Shown here: positions 28,852-37,054 of the stretch, piece after piece
Layout: every line of letters begins with the position of its first letter
Numbering within the stretch: the first letter of the stretch is position 1
Assembly: GCA_038231275.1 (NCBI GenBank)
Contig: JBBRLQ010000002.1
Location: 448,001 to 512,000 of the forward strand
Direction: 5' to 3'
Length of the DNA: 64,000 nt
Source: Polyangiales bacterium
Lineage (GTDB): Bacteria > Myxococcota_A > Polyangia > Polyangiales > Polyangiaceae
Program-made: the position numbers and the translations under genes
The notes under the pieces: generated by a model
Databases searched by the model: none
Seen by the model: the letters and a program-made list of their open reading frames with translations, nothing else
What the model was told of the DNA's origin: nothing

Positions 28852-30216
28852 ATGGCACGCAGATTCGCTCTGTGCTCGATGTCGGTCTTTGCTCTCGGTT
28901 CGATTCTCGCCGCGTGTTCCGCGGGACAGGGGGAGTCGACCGGCGACTCGTCCGAACAGGCGTTCGGGGCCGAGATGCCGCGCGGCGGCGGCGCTCACAT
29001 GATGCCGATGCACTCTGGCAGCGGCCTCAAGGTGGAGTCGGCACCGGCGGGCGCGAAGCTCGTCTACAACGGCGGCCCTGTGCTCAGCACGGTCAAGGTC
29101 TACTCGGTGTACTGGGGCGCCAGCGTCCCGAACCAGACCGACCTGAACAGCTTCTATACGGCCATCACCAACAGCGCGTATTTCGACTGGCTCAACGAGT
29201 ACAACACGCCGACGCAGACGATCGGCCGCGGCAGCTTCGGCGGCGCGGTCGTCGACACGACGCCGCCGTCGGGCTCGACCATCTCGGACGCGCAGATCCA
29301 GGCGGAGATCACAAAGCTGATCGGCGCCGGCAAGCTCCCCGCGAACGATGCCAACAACCTCTACATGATGCACTTCCCGGCCGGGATCACCATCACGATG
29401 GGCGGTTCGTCGTCGTGCGTGCAGTTCTGCGCGTACCACGGCACGTTCGTGCTCAACGGCAAGAACGCCTATTACGGCGTCATGCCGGACCTGAGCGGCG
29501 GCTGCGCAGGCGGCTGCGGCGGCGGCACGAAGCTCCAGAACCAGACCTCGGTCGCGTCGCACGAGCTCATCGAAGCGGTGACTGACTCCGCCGTCGGGCT
29601 CGCCACGGTCGTCGGGCCGCCGCTGGCCTGGTACGACAGCGCGAACGGCGAGATCGGGGACATCTGCAACGGCCAACAGGGCGTCGTCGCCGGCTGGACG
29701 GTCCAGAAGCAGTTCTCCAACAAGGCCAACGACTGCATCTTGACCAACGGCAGCCCGCCCCCGCCGCCGCCCCCGCCGCCGCCCCCGACCGACGGTGGCA
29801 CCGACGCGAACCCGCCGCCGCCGCCGCCGCCGCCCCCGCCGCCTCCCGGCAACTGCACGCACGACAAGTGCGCGTCGGGCGGCAAGCTCGTCTCGGGCTG
29901 CGACCCGTGCGTCACCCAGATCTGCGCGGCGGATTCGTTCTGCTGCTCCACGAGCTGGGACTCGATCTGCGTCGGTGAAGTGAAGTCGGTCTGCGGCCTG
30001 AGCTGCAGCGCGCCGCCTCCGCCCCCGCCGCCGCCTCCGCCCCCGCCGCCGAACACGTGCTCGCACCCGATCTGCTCGACCGGAGCGAAGCTCGTCAAGA
30101 GCTGCGACCCGTGCGCGACCAAGATCTGCGCGGTCGACTCCTACTGCTGCAACACCAAGTGGGACTCGATCTGCGTCGGCGAAGTGAAATCGGTCTGCAG
30201 CCAGACCTGCCCGTAA
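28852..30216 (+). CDS. Secreted lipoprotein with Phi-1/EXORDIUM-like domain, polyproline linkers and two Cys-rich repeats
   Basis: Lipobox LAAC. YNGGPVL, CAYHG, SHELIEAVTD, GEIGDIC. Two C..DPC..IC..D..CC...WDSICVGEVKSVC modules. GGAGG RBS. Confidence 0.8.
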   Translation: MARRFALCSMSVFALGSILAACSAGQGESTGDSSEQAFGAEMPRGGGAHMMPMHSGSGLKVESAPAGAKLVYNGGPVLSTVKVYSVYWGASVPNQTDLNSFYTAITNSAYFDWLNEYNTPTQTIGRGSFGGAVVDTTPPSGSTISDAQIQAEITKLIGAGKLPANDANNLYMMHFPAGITITMGGSSSCVQFCAYHGTFVLNGKNAYYGVMPDLSGGCAGGCGGGTKLQNQTSVASHELIEAVTDSAVGLATVVGPPLAWYDSANGEIGDICNGQQGVVAGWTVQKQFSNKANDCILTNGSPPPPPPPPPPPTDGGTDANPPPPPPPPPPPPGNCTHDKCASGGKLVSGCDPCVTQICAADSFCCSTSWDSICVGEVKSVCGLSCSAPPPPPPPPPPPPPNTCSHPICSTGAKLVKSCDPCATKICAVDSYCCNTKWDSICVGEVKSVCSQTCP

Positions 30217-30237
30217 CGAAACCGTAGTAAAATGCAG

Positions 30238-30281
30238 CGCGCGCGCCGATCTCCTTGGAGATCCGGCGCGCGCGTCCTTTT
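30238..30281 (+). terminator. Intrinsic terminator hairpin between convergent genes
   Basis: CGCGCGCGCCG-ATCTCC/TT/GGAGAT-C-CGGCGCGCGCG followed by TCCTTTT. Confidence 0.75.
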
Positions 30282-30312
30282 GTGGGGATGAGCGAAACGA
30301 AAGCGCCGAGCG

Positions 30313-30912
30313 TCAGTCCGACCAGACCGACACGGCCCACTTGCCTGCGCCGGCAGCGACCGCCACGTTGATGCTCGCCGTGTCCGCGGCGTTGAAGCAG
30401 AACACCCCGTCCTCGAGGACGACGGCGTCGTTGCTGTCGAGGAGATCCTCGCCGATGCTCTTGCCGGCCGAGTCCATGACAGCGATGTCGAAGTCGGTGA
30501 CGGTCGGCTGCGCGATGCCGATGACGCGGTAGCAGTGGTTCGCCTCGGCCTTCAGCGGGATGGAGGTGACCATCTTCTCGCGCGAGCCTTCGCCCTGCGT
30601 GGGCGCGCCGACCTGGTGCATCTTCTTGTCGACGCAGGCGTTCGACATGCCGCTGACGTTCGCGACGAGATCGCCGCCCTTCGCACCGGTGTGGCAGCTC
30701 TTGGGCGAGGCGTCTTTCTTCCAGGTCACCTTGTCCGAGTCCGGCTTGGTGGCGGGCTTGGGGAGGGACGGGTCGCCGCCCGTCGTGCTCGACGGAGTGC
30801 CGGGGCTAGGACCGCCCGCGCCCCCGCCGCCGCCGCCGCAGCCGACCGCCAACGCCGAAATCAGAATCGATAGGGAAACGCTCGCTGCTTTTGTCGCTTT
30901 TGTCGTTCGCAT
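30313..30912 (-). CDS. Hypothetical lipoprotein with PPC-like beta-sandwich
   Basis: Lipobox LAVGC. CYRVIG...DFDIAVMDSAG..D motif. Confidence 0.75.
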   Translation of the reverse strand: MRTTKATKAASVSLSILISALAVGCGGGGGGAGGPSPGTPSSTTGGDPSLPKPATKPDSDKVTWKKDASPKSCHTGAKGGDLVANVSGMSNACVDKKMHQVGAPTQGEGSREKMVTSIPLKAEANHCYRVIGIAQPTVTDFDIAVMDSAGKSIGEDLLDSNDAVVLEDGVFCFNAADTASINVAVAAGAGKWAVSVWSD

Positions 30913-30952
30913 GGGACGCGAGGGTACTACGCGCTCGCGCGCGTGTAACCGC

Positions 30953-31924
30953 TCACTTCGCGAACGCGGCGACGATGCCCTCGGGCGCGTACGTGGTGCA
31001 GGTCACCGAGGACGCGCTCTCGGAGAGCGTCGCGATCGCGTCGGTGGACCATGCGTCGTCGGCGGTGGTCGCGCCTGCGTTGAAGGCGTAGCAGGCGCAC
31101 GTGCACGGGCATTGGGCGCACTGGGTCGCTTTGTCGCAGGGGAGCGTGACCGTGATCCCGTTGCCGCTGGTGCTGAGCCCCTGCAGGTGCGTCGGATTCG
31201 AAGGATTCGACACGTCGACGAGGCCGTAGGCGTAGACATGGCTGAGGACGAGCGCGTCCGGAGCGGCGACGTAGGCGAACGGGTTGGAGATCGACTCTGC
31301 GACGTGAAAATCGAACGTCGTCTTGGCGGAGCCGATGTCCGTGAAGACGTCCTTGGACACTTGGAAGGTCGCGTGCGGGCTCCAGGGACTCGTCATGGTC
31401 GACGTTGCGCCAGCGGCGACGCGACGCATCTTGACGCCCTGATCGTCGCTCGCGAAGGCGTACTCATCGCCGACGGCCGAGAGGTGGGTCTTGCTCGCCT
31501 GATCGACGGCGTCGGAGATCGCCTGCGCCTTCGAGACGGCCGCGGAGCGCTGGGATCCGGTCCAGCACGCTCCGCCGCTGCACCACGCGCCGCCGGCGCA
31601 CGCGTGGCCGCAGCTTCCGCAGTTCGCGGGATCGGTGTGGAGGTTCGTGGTCGCGCCGGCGCACGACGCCGCGCTGGTCGGGCAGGTCGGCCCCGAGTCA
31701 GGCGGCGGGGCGGCTTCGGGAACGCCGGCGTCGTCTTCGGGCGGCGTGCTCGAAGGCGCCGTGAAGGGCGCGTTCGCGGCGCCGGGTCCGTGGGCCGCGG
31801 GACTCTGCGCGCTTCCCTGATCGGGCGTCGCGCTTCCTTGCTGCGGGTCGGGGGACATCGGCGTCCCGCAGCCCACGAAGGTAGAGACCATGACCGCAGC
31901 GCTCACGAAGACGGTAGTTCTCAT
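30953..31924 (-). CDS. Cys-rich lipoprotein (DPxNCGxCGxxC, Stig1-like motif)
   Basis: Lipobox FVGC. TDPANCGSCGHAC. Confidence 0.75.
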   Translation of the reverse strand: MRTTVFVSAAVMVSTFVGCGTPMSPDPQQGSATPDQGSAQSPAAHGPGAANAPFTAPSSTPPEDDAGVPEAAPPPDSGPTCPTSAASCAGATTNLHTDPANCGSCGHACAGGAWCSGGACWTGSQRSAAVSKAQAISDAVDQASKTHLSAVGDEYAFASDDQGVKMRRVAAGATSTMTSPWSPHATFQVSKDVFTDIGSAKTTFDFHVAESISNPFAYVAAPDALVLSHVYAYGLVDVSNPSNPTHLQGLSTSGNGITVTLPCDKATQCAQCPCTCACYAFNAGATTADDAWSTDAIATLSESASSVTCTTYAPEGIVAAFAK

Positions 31925-32127
31925 CGACCCGATGAACGACGGCGACGGACGCTTCTTGAAGGATCGCCCCTGAAATTTCTGGGCCGCGTTCGGTCGACGT
32001 AGGTGCATGAATGGAACACCCCTTCCCGCCGCCGTCGGCACGTCGGGCGAACGCGGCCGCGGCGCGAACGTCCTCGACGCGCCCCGACCCCCCCTGGTAC
32101 GCCCGCGTGGTGACGGACGGCTCGAGG

Positions 32128-33564
32128 ATGACGCGCGCGCGCGCGAGGGGTGGTGCTTGGGCCGACCTCGCCTTGCGCGTGCTCGCGTTCGTCGTCCTCG
32201 TCGCCACGTTCACCGGCGCGGTCCACGACGTCTCGCAGGCGTACGACTCGGGGTACTACCACTTGCCTTTCGCCGCGCGCCTCGTGGGACTCTTGCCGAG
32301 TGACGTCTTCGCCTTTCACGCGGCGAATCAAGCGCGCTTCGAGGGTTTTCCGCTCCTCGGCGAGCTCATGCAGGGTCTGCTCTGGCGGTTCTCGGGCCAC
32401 GCGCCGGCGACGAACCTGGTGGCCTTCGCGAGCGTACCGCTCTTCGCGTGGTTCCTCCGCCGTCGATTCGGCGTGCCGGCGTCGACCGCCGTGCTTGCTC
32501 TCTTCGCGGTCCCGCTCGTGCAGACGCACGCGGCGTCGACGTACGTGGATCTTCCGGCGAACGCCGCGCTCGCGGTCGTCGTGCTGCTCGCCATTCAGGC
32601 GTGGACGACGCCGGGCGACGTGACGCGGCGGACGCTGGCGCTGGCGCTCGTCGCGGGGGCGATCGCGGCCAACATGAAGACTCTCGCCGGGCCGCTCGTC
32701 GCGCTCGGGCTCGTGGCACTCGGCGTTCGTGCGTGGCGCGCGTCACCGGCGGGTCGCCGTCACGTCGCGCAGGCGATCGTCCTCCTGCCGCTCGTGTTCG
32801 CTACGCCGGTCAAGAACATCGCGCGGCATCACAATCCGTTCTACCCGATAAAAACCAGCGTACTTGGCGTCGCGTTGCCGGGGATCGAGGCGCCGTATTC
32901 GTCGTCACCTCGCTGGCTCGCGAGCGCGCCGCAGCCCGCCCGCTTCGTGTGCTCGCTCCTCGAGGTCGGCGCGCGGCCGATGTCCGACCCGCGCCGGTGG
33001 AGCGTCGATCAGTGGATGCCCTCGGACGCCGACGGCTATCGAATGGGCGGGTTCTTCGGCGCGTGGGTCGTGGCGAACGTCGTCCTTCTTGCGTGGCGCG
33101 CCGTGAAGGAGCGCGAGGGCCCGGCGCGGCGGGCGGCGGCGGGCTTCCTCGTCCTCACGGCCGTCGTGAGCGTGATGCCGCAGTCGCACGAGCTCCGGTA
33201 CTACCTCGTGTGGATGCTCGTCCTCGTCGCGACGAACGGCTGGCTCGCCTGCCGCGCGGGCGCACCGCGGGCTCCGCTCGGTCCGCGCGCCTACGCCGCG
33301 CTCTCGGCACTCGCGATGCTCGTCGTGATGAAGGTGACGGATTTCGACTACGTGCACGCGAGCGGGTCGACGTTCGAGGAGGTGCGCGCACGGAAGGTCG
33401 ACGCCGACGCCCTCTCGCGCGTCCCCGACGGCGCGCGGGTGTGCGTGGACCACGCGCCGTGGAATCTGCTCTACGCGGCGCCGTTCCAGCCCGGACCTGC
33501 GCGCCGCTACGTCGTGATCGAGGCCGAGTCGCCCGAAGACTGCGGCGGCGCGCCGCCGCTCTGA
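32128..33564 (+). CDS. Polytopic membrane protein, probable GT-C glycosyltransferase
   Basis: About 10 or more hydrophobic segments. First loop YDSGYYHLP, then YVD, NPFYP, ELRY. Adjacent to GT2/DUF2304. Confidence 0.65.
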   Translation: MTRARARGGAWADLALRVLAFVVLVATFTGAVHDVSQAYDSGYYHLPFAARLVGLLPSDVFAFHAANQARFEGFPLLGELMQGLLWRFSGHAPATNLVAFASVPLFAWFLRRRFGVPASTAVLALFAVPLVQTHAASTYVDLPANAALAVVVLLAIQAWTTPGDVTRRTLALALVAGAIAANMKTLAGPLVALGLVALGVRAWRASPAGRRHVAQAIVLLPLVFATPVKNIARHHNPFYPIKTSVLGVALPGIEAPYSSSPRWLASAPQPARFVCSLLEVGARPMSDPRRWSVDQWMPSDADGYRMGGFFGAWVVANVVLLAWRAVKEREGPARRAAAGFLVLTAVVSVMPQSHELRYYLVWMLVLVATNGWLACRAGAPRAPLGPRAYAALSALAMLVVMKVTDFDYVHASGSTFEEVRARKVDADALSRVPDGARVCVDHAPWNLLYAAPFQPGPARRYVVIEAESPEDCGGAPPL

Positions 33565-33899
33565 GCCGAGCCCCCGATTCGGCGCGACTCGGCGACGGCG
33601 ACCGCGCGTGCGAGCTGGGTGATGAGCTCCGCGTCCTCGAGGCGCCGGCGTCGGGTGAGGAGCGACTCTCGCACGAGCCAGATGACCGTCGGGTAGAGGA
33701 AGAAGTCGACGCCGCGGCCGATGCCGACGAGGTTGGCGAGCTCGGTCGCGCGGTTCGGGAACGCGATGAAGAACGCGCCGGCGATGAACGCGGCGGTCTC
33801 GAGGACGAGGACGCGGCGGTTCTTCGCGCGCATCGTCGCCCAGTCGAAGACGAGGAGCCCGAAGACGAGCAAGAGGAGGAGCGCGGCGGCGAGGGTCAT
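33507..33899 (-). CDS. DUF2304 family membrane protein
   Basis: FP...LANLVGIGRGVDFFLY...ITQLARAVA. Directly downstream of a GT2. Confidence 0.88.
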   Translation of the reverse strand: MTLAAALLLLLVFGLLVFDWATMRAKNRRVLVLETAAFIAGAFFIAFPNRATELANLVGIGRGVDFFLYPTVIWLVRESLLTRRRRLEDAELITQLARAVAVAESRRIGGSAQSGGAPPQSSGDSASITT

Positions 33900-33903
33900 G
33901 GCG

Positions 33904-34647
33904 TCAGGTCTCGCGCTCGCCGAAGACGTACTGGATCGCCAGATCGTGCAGGATTCCCAGCGCGCCGAGCGAGCGCTGGCCCTTGGCGAGCGACTCTTTC
34001 GTGTACCGCACCGACACCGGCATCTCCTCGACGACGAGCGGCGCGGCGCGGCGGACGCGCTGCTTGATCTCGGTCGCGTGCGCCATGCCGTTCTGCCGAA
34101 TCGGGATCTGCTCGATCGCTCGGCGGCTGAACGCGCGGAGGCCGTTGTGCGCGTCGGCGAGGCGCAGGCCCGTGATGGCCCACTCGAAGACGCGCGCGGC
34201 GCGCAAGACGGCGGCGCGGAGGAACGGCACGTTCGATCCGCCCGCGAAGCGATCGCCGAACACGACGTCCGCCCCTGCCGCGACGCGCTCGGCGAGGCGC
34301 AGCGCGTCGACGGCGCCGTGCTGTCCGTCGGAGTCCATCGTCACGTACGCGCTGAAGGCCTCGTCCGCGAGGGCCAGCTGACGCGCGGTCTCGAGGGCTG
34401 CGCCTTGCCCGAGATTGACCGGGTGTCGCGCGAGCACGATCTCGAGCCACGGCGCGGCGAGCTCTTGCGCGATCTCGAGCGGCGGCTCGCTGCCGTCGTC
34501 GACGACGAAGACGGTCACATGAGCGCGATCGCGTGACGCGGCGCGCAGCGAGGCGAGCGTCGGTCCGAGCGTCGCGCGCTCTTCGTACGCCGGCATCAGG
34601 ATCGCGACGGCAGGCAAGACGGCGGACACGGCAGGCACGGTGGTCAC
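33904..34647 (-). CDS. GT2 glycosyltransferase (DPM1-like polyprenol-phosphate sugar synthase)
   Basis: MPAYEE, VVDDGS, HPVNLGQGAAL, MDSDGQH, DAHNGLRAF. GTGA overlap with the upstream gene. Confidence 0.92.
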   Translation of the reverse strand: MTTVPAVSAVLPAVAILMPAYEERATLGPTLASLRAASRDRAHVTVFVVDDGSEPPLEIAQELAAPWLEIVLARHPVNLGQGAALETARQLALADEAFSAYVTMDSDGQHGAVDALRLAERVAAGADVVFGDRFAGGSNVPFLRAAVLRAARVFEWAITGLRLADAHNGLRAFSRRAIEQIPIRQNGMAHATEIKQRVRRAAPLVVEEMPVSVRYTKESLAKGQRSLGALGILHDLAIQYVFGERET

Positions 34648-36481
34648 GGCGCCATTCCGCAGCGGACGCCGGATCGCGCTGTGAGGCAAAGATCGGCGCG
34701 TCCGTCTCCGTTGACGTCCGCGAGCGACGGCATGGCACCCGCCGCGAGCTCCGGGAGGGACGACGCCTCGGCCCAGTTCGTCGGCGCCGTGAAGGCGTGC
34801 CCGGTCGAGAACGCGCACGCGACGGCGCCGGCACGCACGAAGCACGCATCGGCGCGCCCGTCGCCGTTGAGATCGCCGAGCTCGACGGCGCCCGATGCCT
34901 CACCGGCGCCGTCGACGCGGCCCCACGCGCGGAGGTGACCGAACGACGCGCCGCTCGAATTTGCGCACGCGAGCCCGGCGGCGCTTCGGCCGCACGCGTC
35001 GGCGCGCCCGTCCCCGTCCACGTCACCGAGCGCGAAGCTCGCGCTCCAGACGGAATCCGCCGCGAGCCAGAGGCGCGCGTGCTCGAAGGCGTGCTCGTGG
35101 CTGCGCGCGCAGACGACTCCGCGTGGCCCCGCCGAGCACGCGTCGGCGCGACCGTCGCTGTCGACGTCGGCGAAGCGAACCGCGCCGGTGCCTTTGAGGC
35201 CGGCGGTCGCGCGAAGCTCGGCCCGCGAGGTGAGAGCGCACACGATCTCCTCGTCGCCTCGGCGCGTGCAGGTGTCGGCGCGGCCGTCGCCGTCGACGTC
35301 GGCGAGGTGGAGCTCATCACCGGCGGAAGGCACCACGATCCCCGCGAGCGGAGCGAAGCGTGCCTCGGGCCGCGCGCTGGCGTCGGCGAACGCGCGCTCG
35401 GACCGCGCGCACGAGATCGCGTCGGCGTCGCGCGCGCAGAGATCCGCGCGGCCGTCGCCGTCCACGTCCCCGAAGGCGAGCGCGTCGAGGCGGCCGTCGT
35501 CGAGCGCCGCGCGATCCGCCTCGGCGTTCGGAAAGCGCGTGCGCATCGGCGAGAACTGGAGGACGGGGGCCGCGAAGACGTACCCGCGCGCGCGCGCAGC
35601 GGCGGCACCAGCGCCTGCGCGACCTCGAGCGCGAACCTCGACCCTACGTGTCCCACGCGGTCATGCAGTAGCACGATCCCATGGCGCGCGGACTCGATCG
35701 CGTCCACATAGCGAGTCGCGACGACCTGCGGCCGCACGCGCAGATGCCCGGACGGTCCCGCCGGCTCGCACTCGCGCTGCGGGCGGCTGGACGCGCAGTC
35801 GAGCGACGCCTCCCAGTCCTTGCGATCGACGTCCCAGCGCACCGGCCCGAGAAGACCCTCGAGCGCGGGATCGTCCTCCGCGGCGTCTGCGTCCGCGCCG
35901 TTCCACGCGCCACCCGGCGCGCGAAAGAGGGCGACCTCGCTCTCCAAGAACGGATCGAGGCGCCGCTGGTTCGCGTCGAGCTGCGCACGAACGACCGCCG
36001 CGCTCGCGCCCCAGAGGAGCGCGTGGTTCTCCGTGTGGTTGCCGACGCGATGGCCGAGGCGCACGAGATCGCCGAGCACCGGGATGAAGTCCGCGCCGCT
36101 CGCGAACACGCCGGCGCCGGCACCGGGGTCCGACGAGACGCCGGCGACCCACGCGCCGACCACGAAGAACGTCGCCGACACGCGCTCGCGGTGCAGGTAC
36201 TCGGCGAGCGCGCGCGTTCCTAGATCGGGCCCGTCGTCCCACGTGAGCGCGACGACGTGATCGGGGAACGCGCGGCCGTCGAGCTGCGGCCTGTACGCGT
36301 GGCGCGGCGCGGGAGCCACCGGCGTCTCGGGCGGTGACTCCGGCGCGGGCGCACCCACCTCGCGGACCTCCTTGGCGGACGGCTCGTCGCCACCTCTGGG
36401 CGAAGTGCAGGCGACCGCGAGCGCCACGATGGCCGCGCACCCTCTCGAACCGATTCCACGCAAAGGCCTCAAGCTCGGCAC
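34644..36481 (-). pseudogene. Polysaccharide deacetylase (CE4) plus FG-GAP-repeat lipoprotein, frameshifted at about 35585-35597
   Basis: The 5' frame has lipobox AVAC, WDDGP, GNHTENH, FRAPGG and IVLLHD. The 3' frame (ORF 34644..35546) has six xDVDGDGRAD repeats. Deleting one CG joins them as LRARGYVFAAPVLQFSPMRTRF. Confidence 0.8.
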
Positions 36482-36565
36482 GGCGCCCCGTTCAACACCG
36501 AAACGTACGACGATCGCGGCCGCCGCCAGTAATTTTTCGTCGGGCGCTGTGGGCGGCCGAACGCG

Positions 36566-36889
36566 TCAATGCGCCTTCGGCGTTGCTTTGGACGGCGCCG
36601 TGCCCCGGTGCCCGCGCGCCGGTTTTGCTTTCTTGCCGGCGTGGTGCTTCTTTTTTCCGTGCGGAGACTTCGAGGCGCGAGACTTTCTGGTCGCGCGCGG
36701 GGCCTTTCCGCCCGGGCTCGTCGCGCCCGTCGCGCCCGTCGCGCTCGTCGCCGCGCCCGCGGGCGGCGTCGTGGCCGCGAGGGCGACCGGCTCGAACAGC
36801 GCGAAGAAGAGCCCCGCGCACGCAATGACGACGACCCAGCGCGCGAGCGCCGGCCACTGTGAACGAAACGCGAGGCTTCCAGGTCTCAT
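36566..36889 (-). CDS. Small exported Lys/His/Arg-rich protein
   Basis: Signal-like segment ending ALA, an Ala/Thr/Gly linker and a basic tail KKKHHAGKKAK. Start uncertain. Confidence 0.55.
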   Translation of the reverse strand: MRPGSLAFRSQWPALARWVVVIACAGLFFALFEPVALAATTPPAGAATSATGATGATSPGGKAPRATRKSRASKSPHGKKKHHAGKKAKPARGHRGTAPSKATPKAH

Positions 36890-37054
36890 GCCCGAACGAT
36901 GGAGCACGCCGCGTGCCGAGGCTCGGCTCCGCGGGATCGGCGCGCAACTCGTGCGACGGCGCCGTCTTCTCGGAGGCCGGTACGACGTGTGACCATTCGT
37001 GCGCGAGCCCGCCTGAGGGCAACGCGCCTCAACGCACCGCGTCGTGCGCGCCTT

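Noticed and set aside
29755..30050. CCG microsatellites as contingency loci
   Set aside because: They are in-frame triplet runs encoding polyproline linkers with mixed CCG/CCC/CCT codons. Slippage would not switch expression.
33896..35580. C-terminal ~560 aa of the 861-aa ORF 33896..36481
   Set aside because: Out-of-frame read-through after the CG slip. The real coding frames are the FG-GAP and GT2 ORFs.
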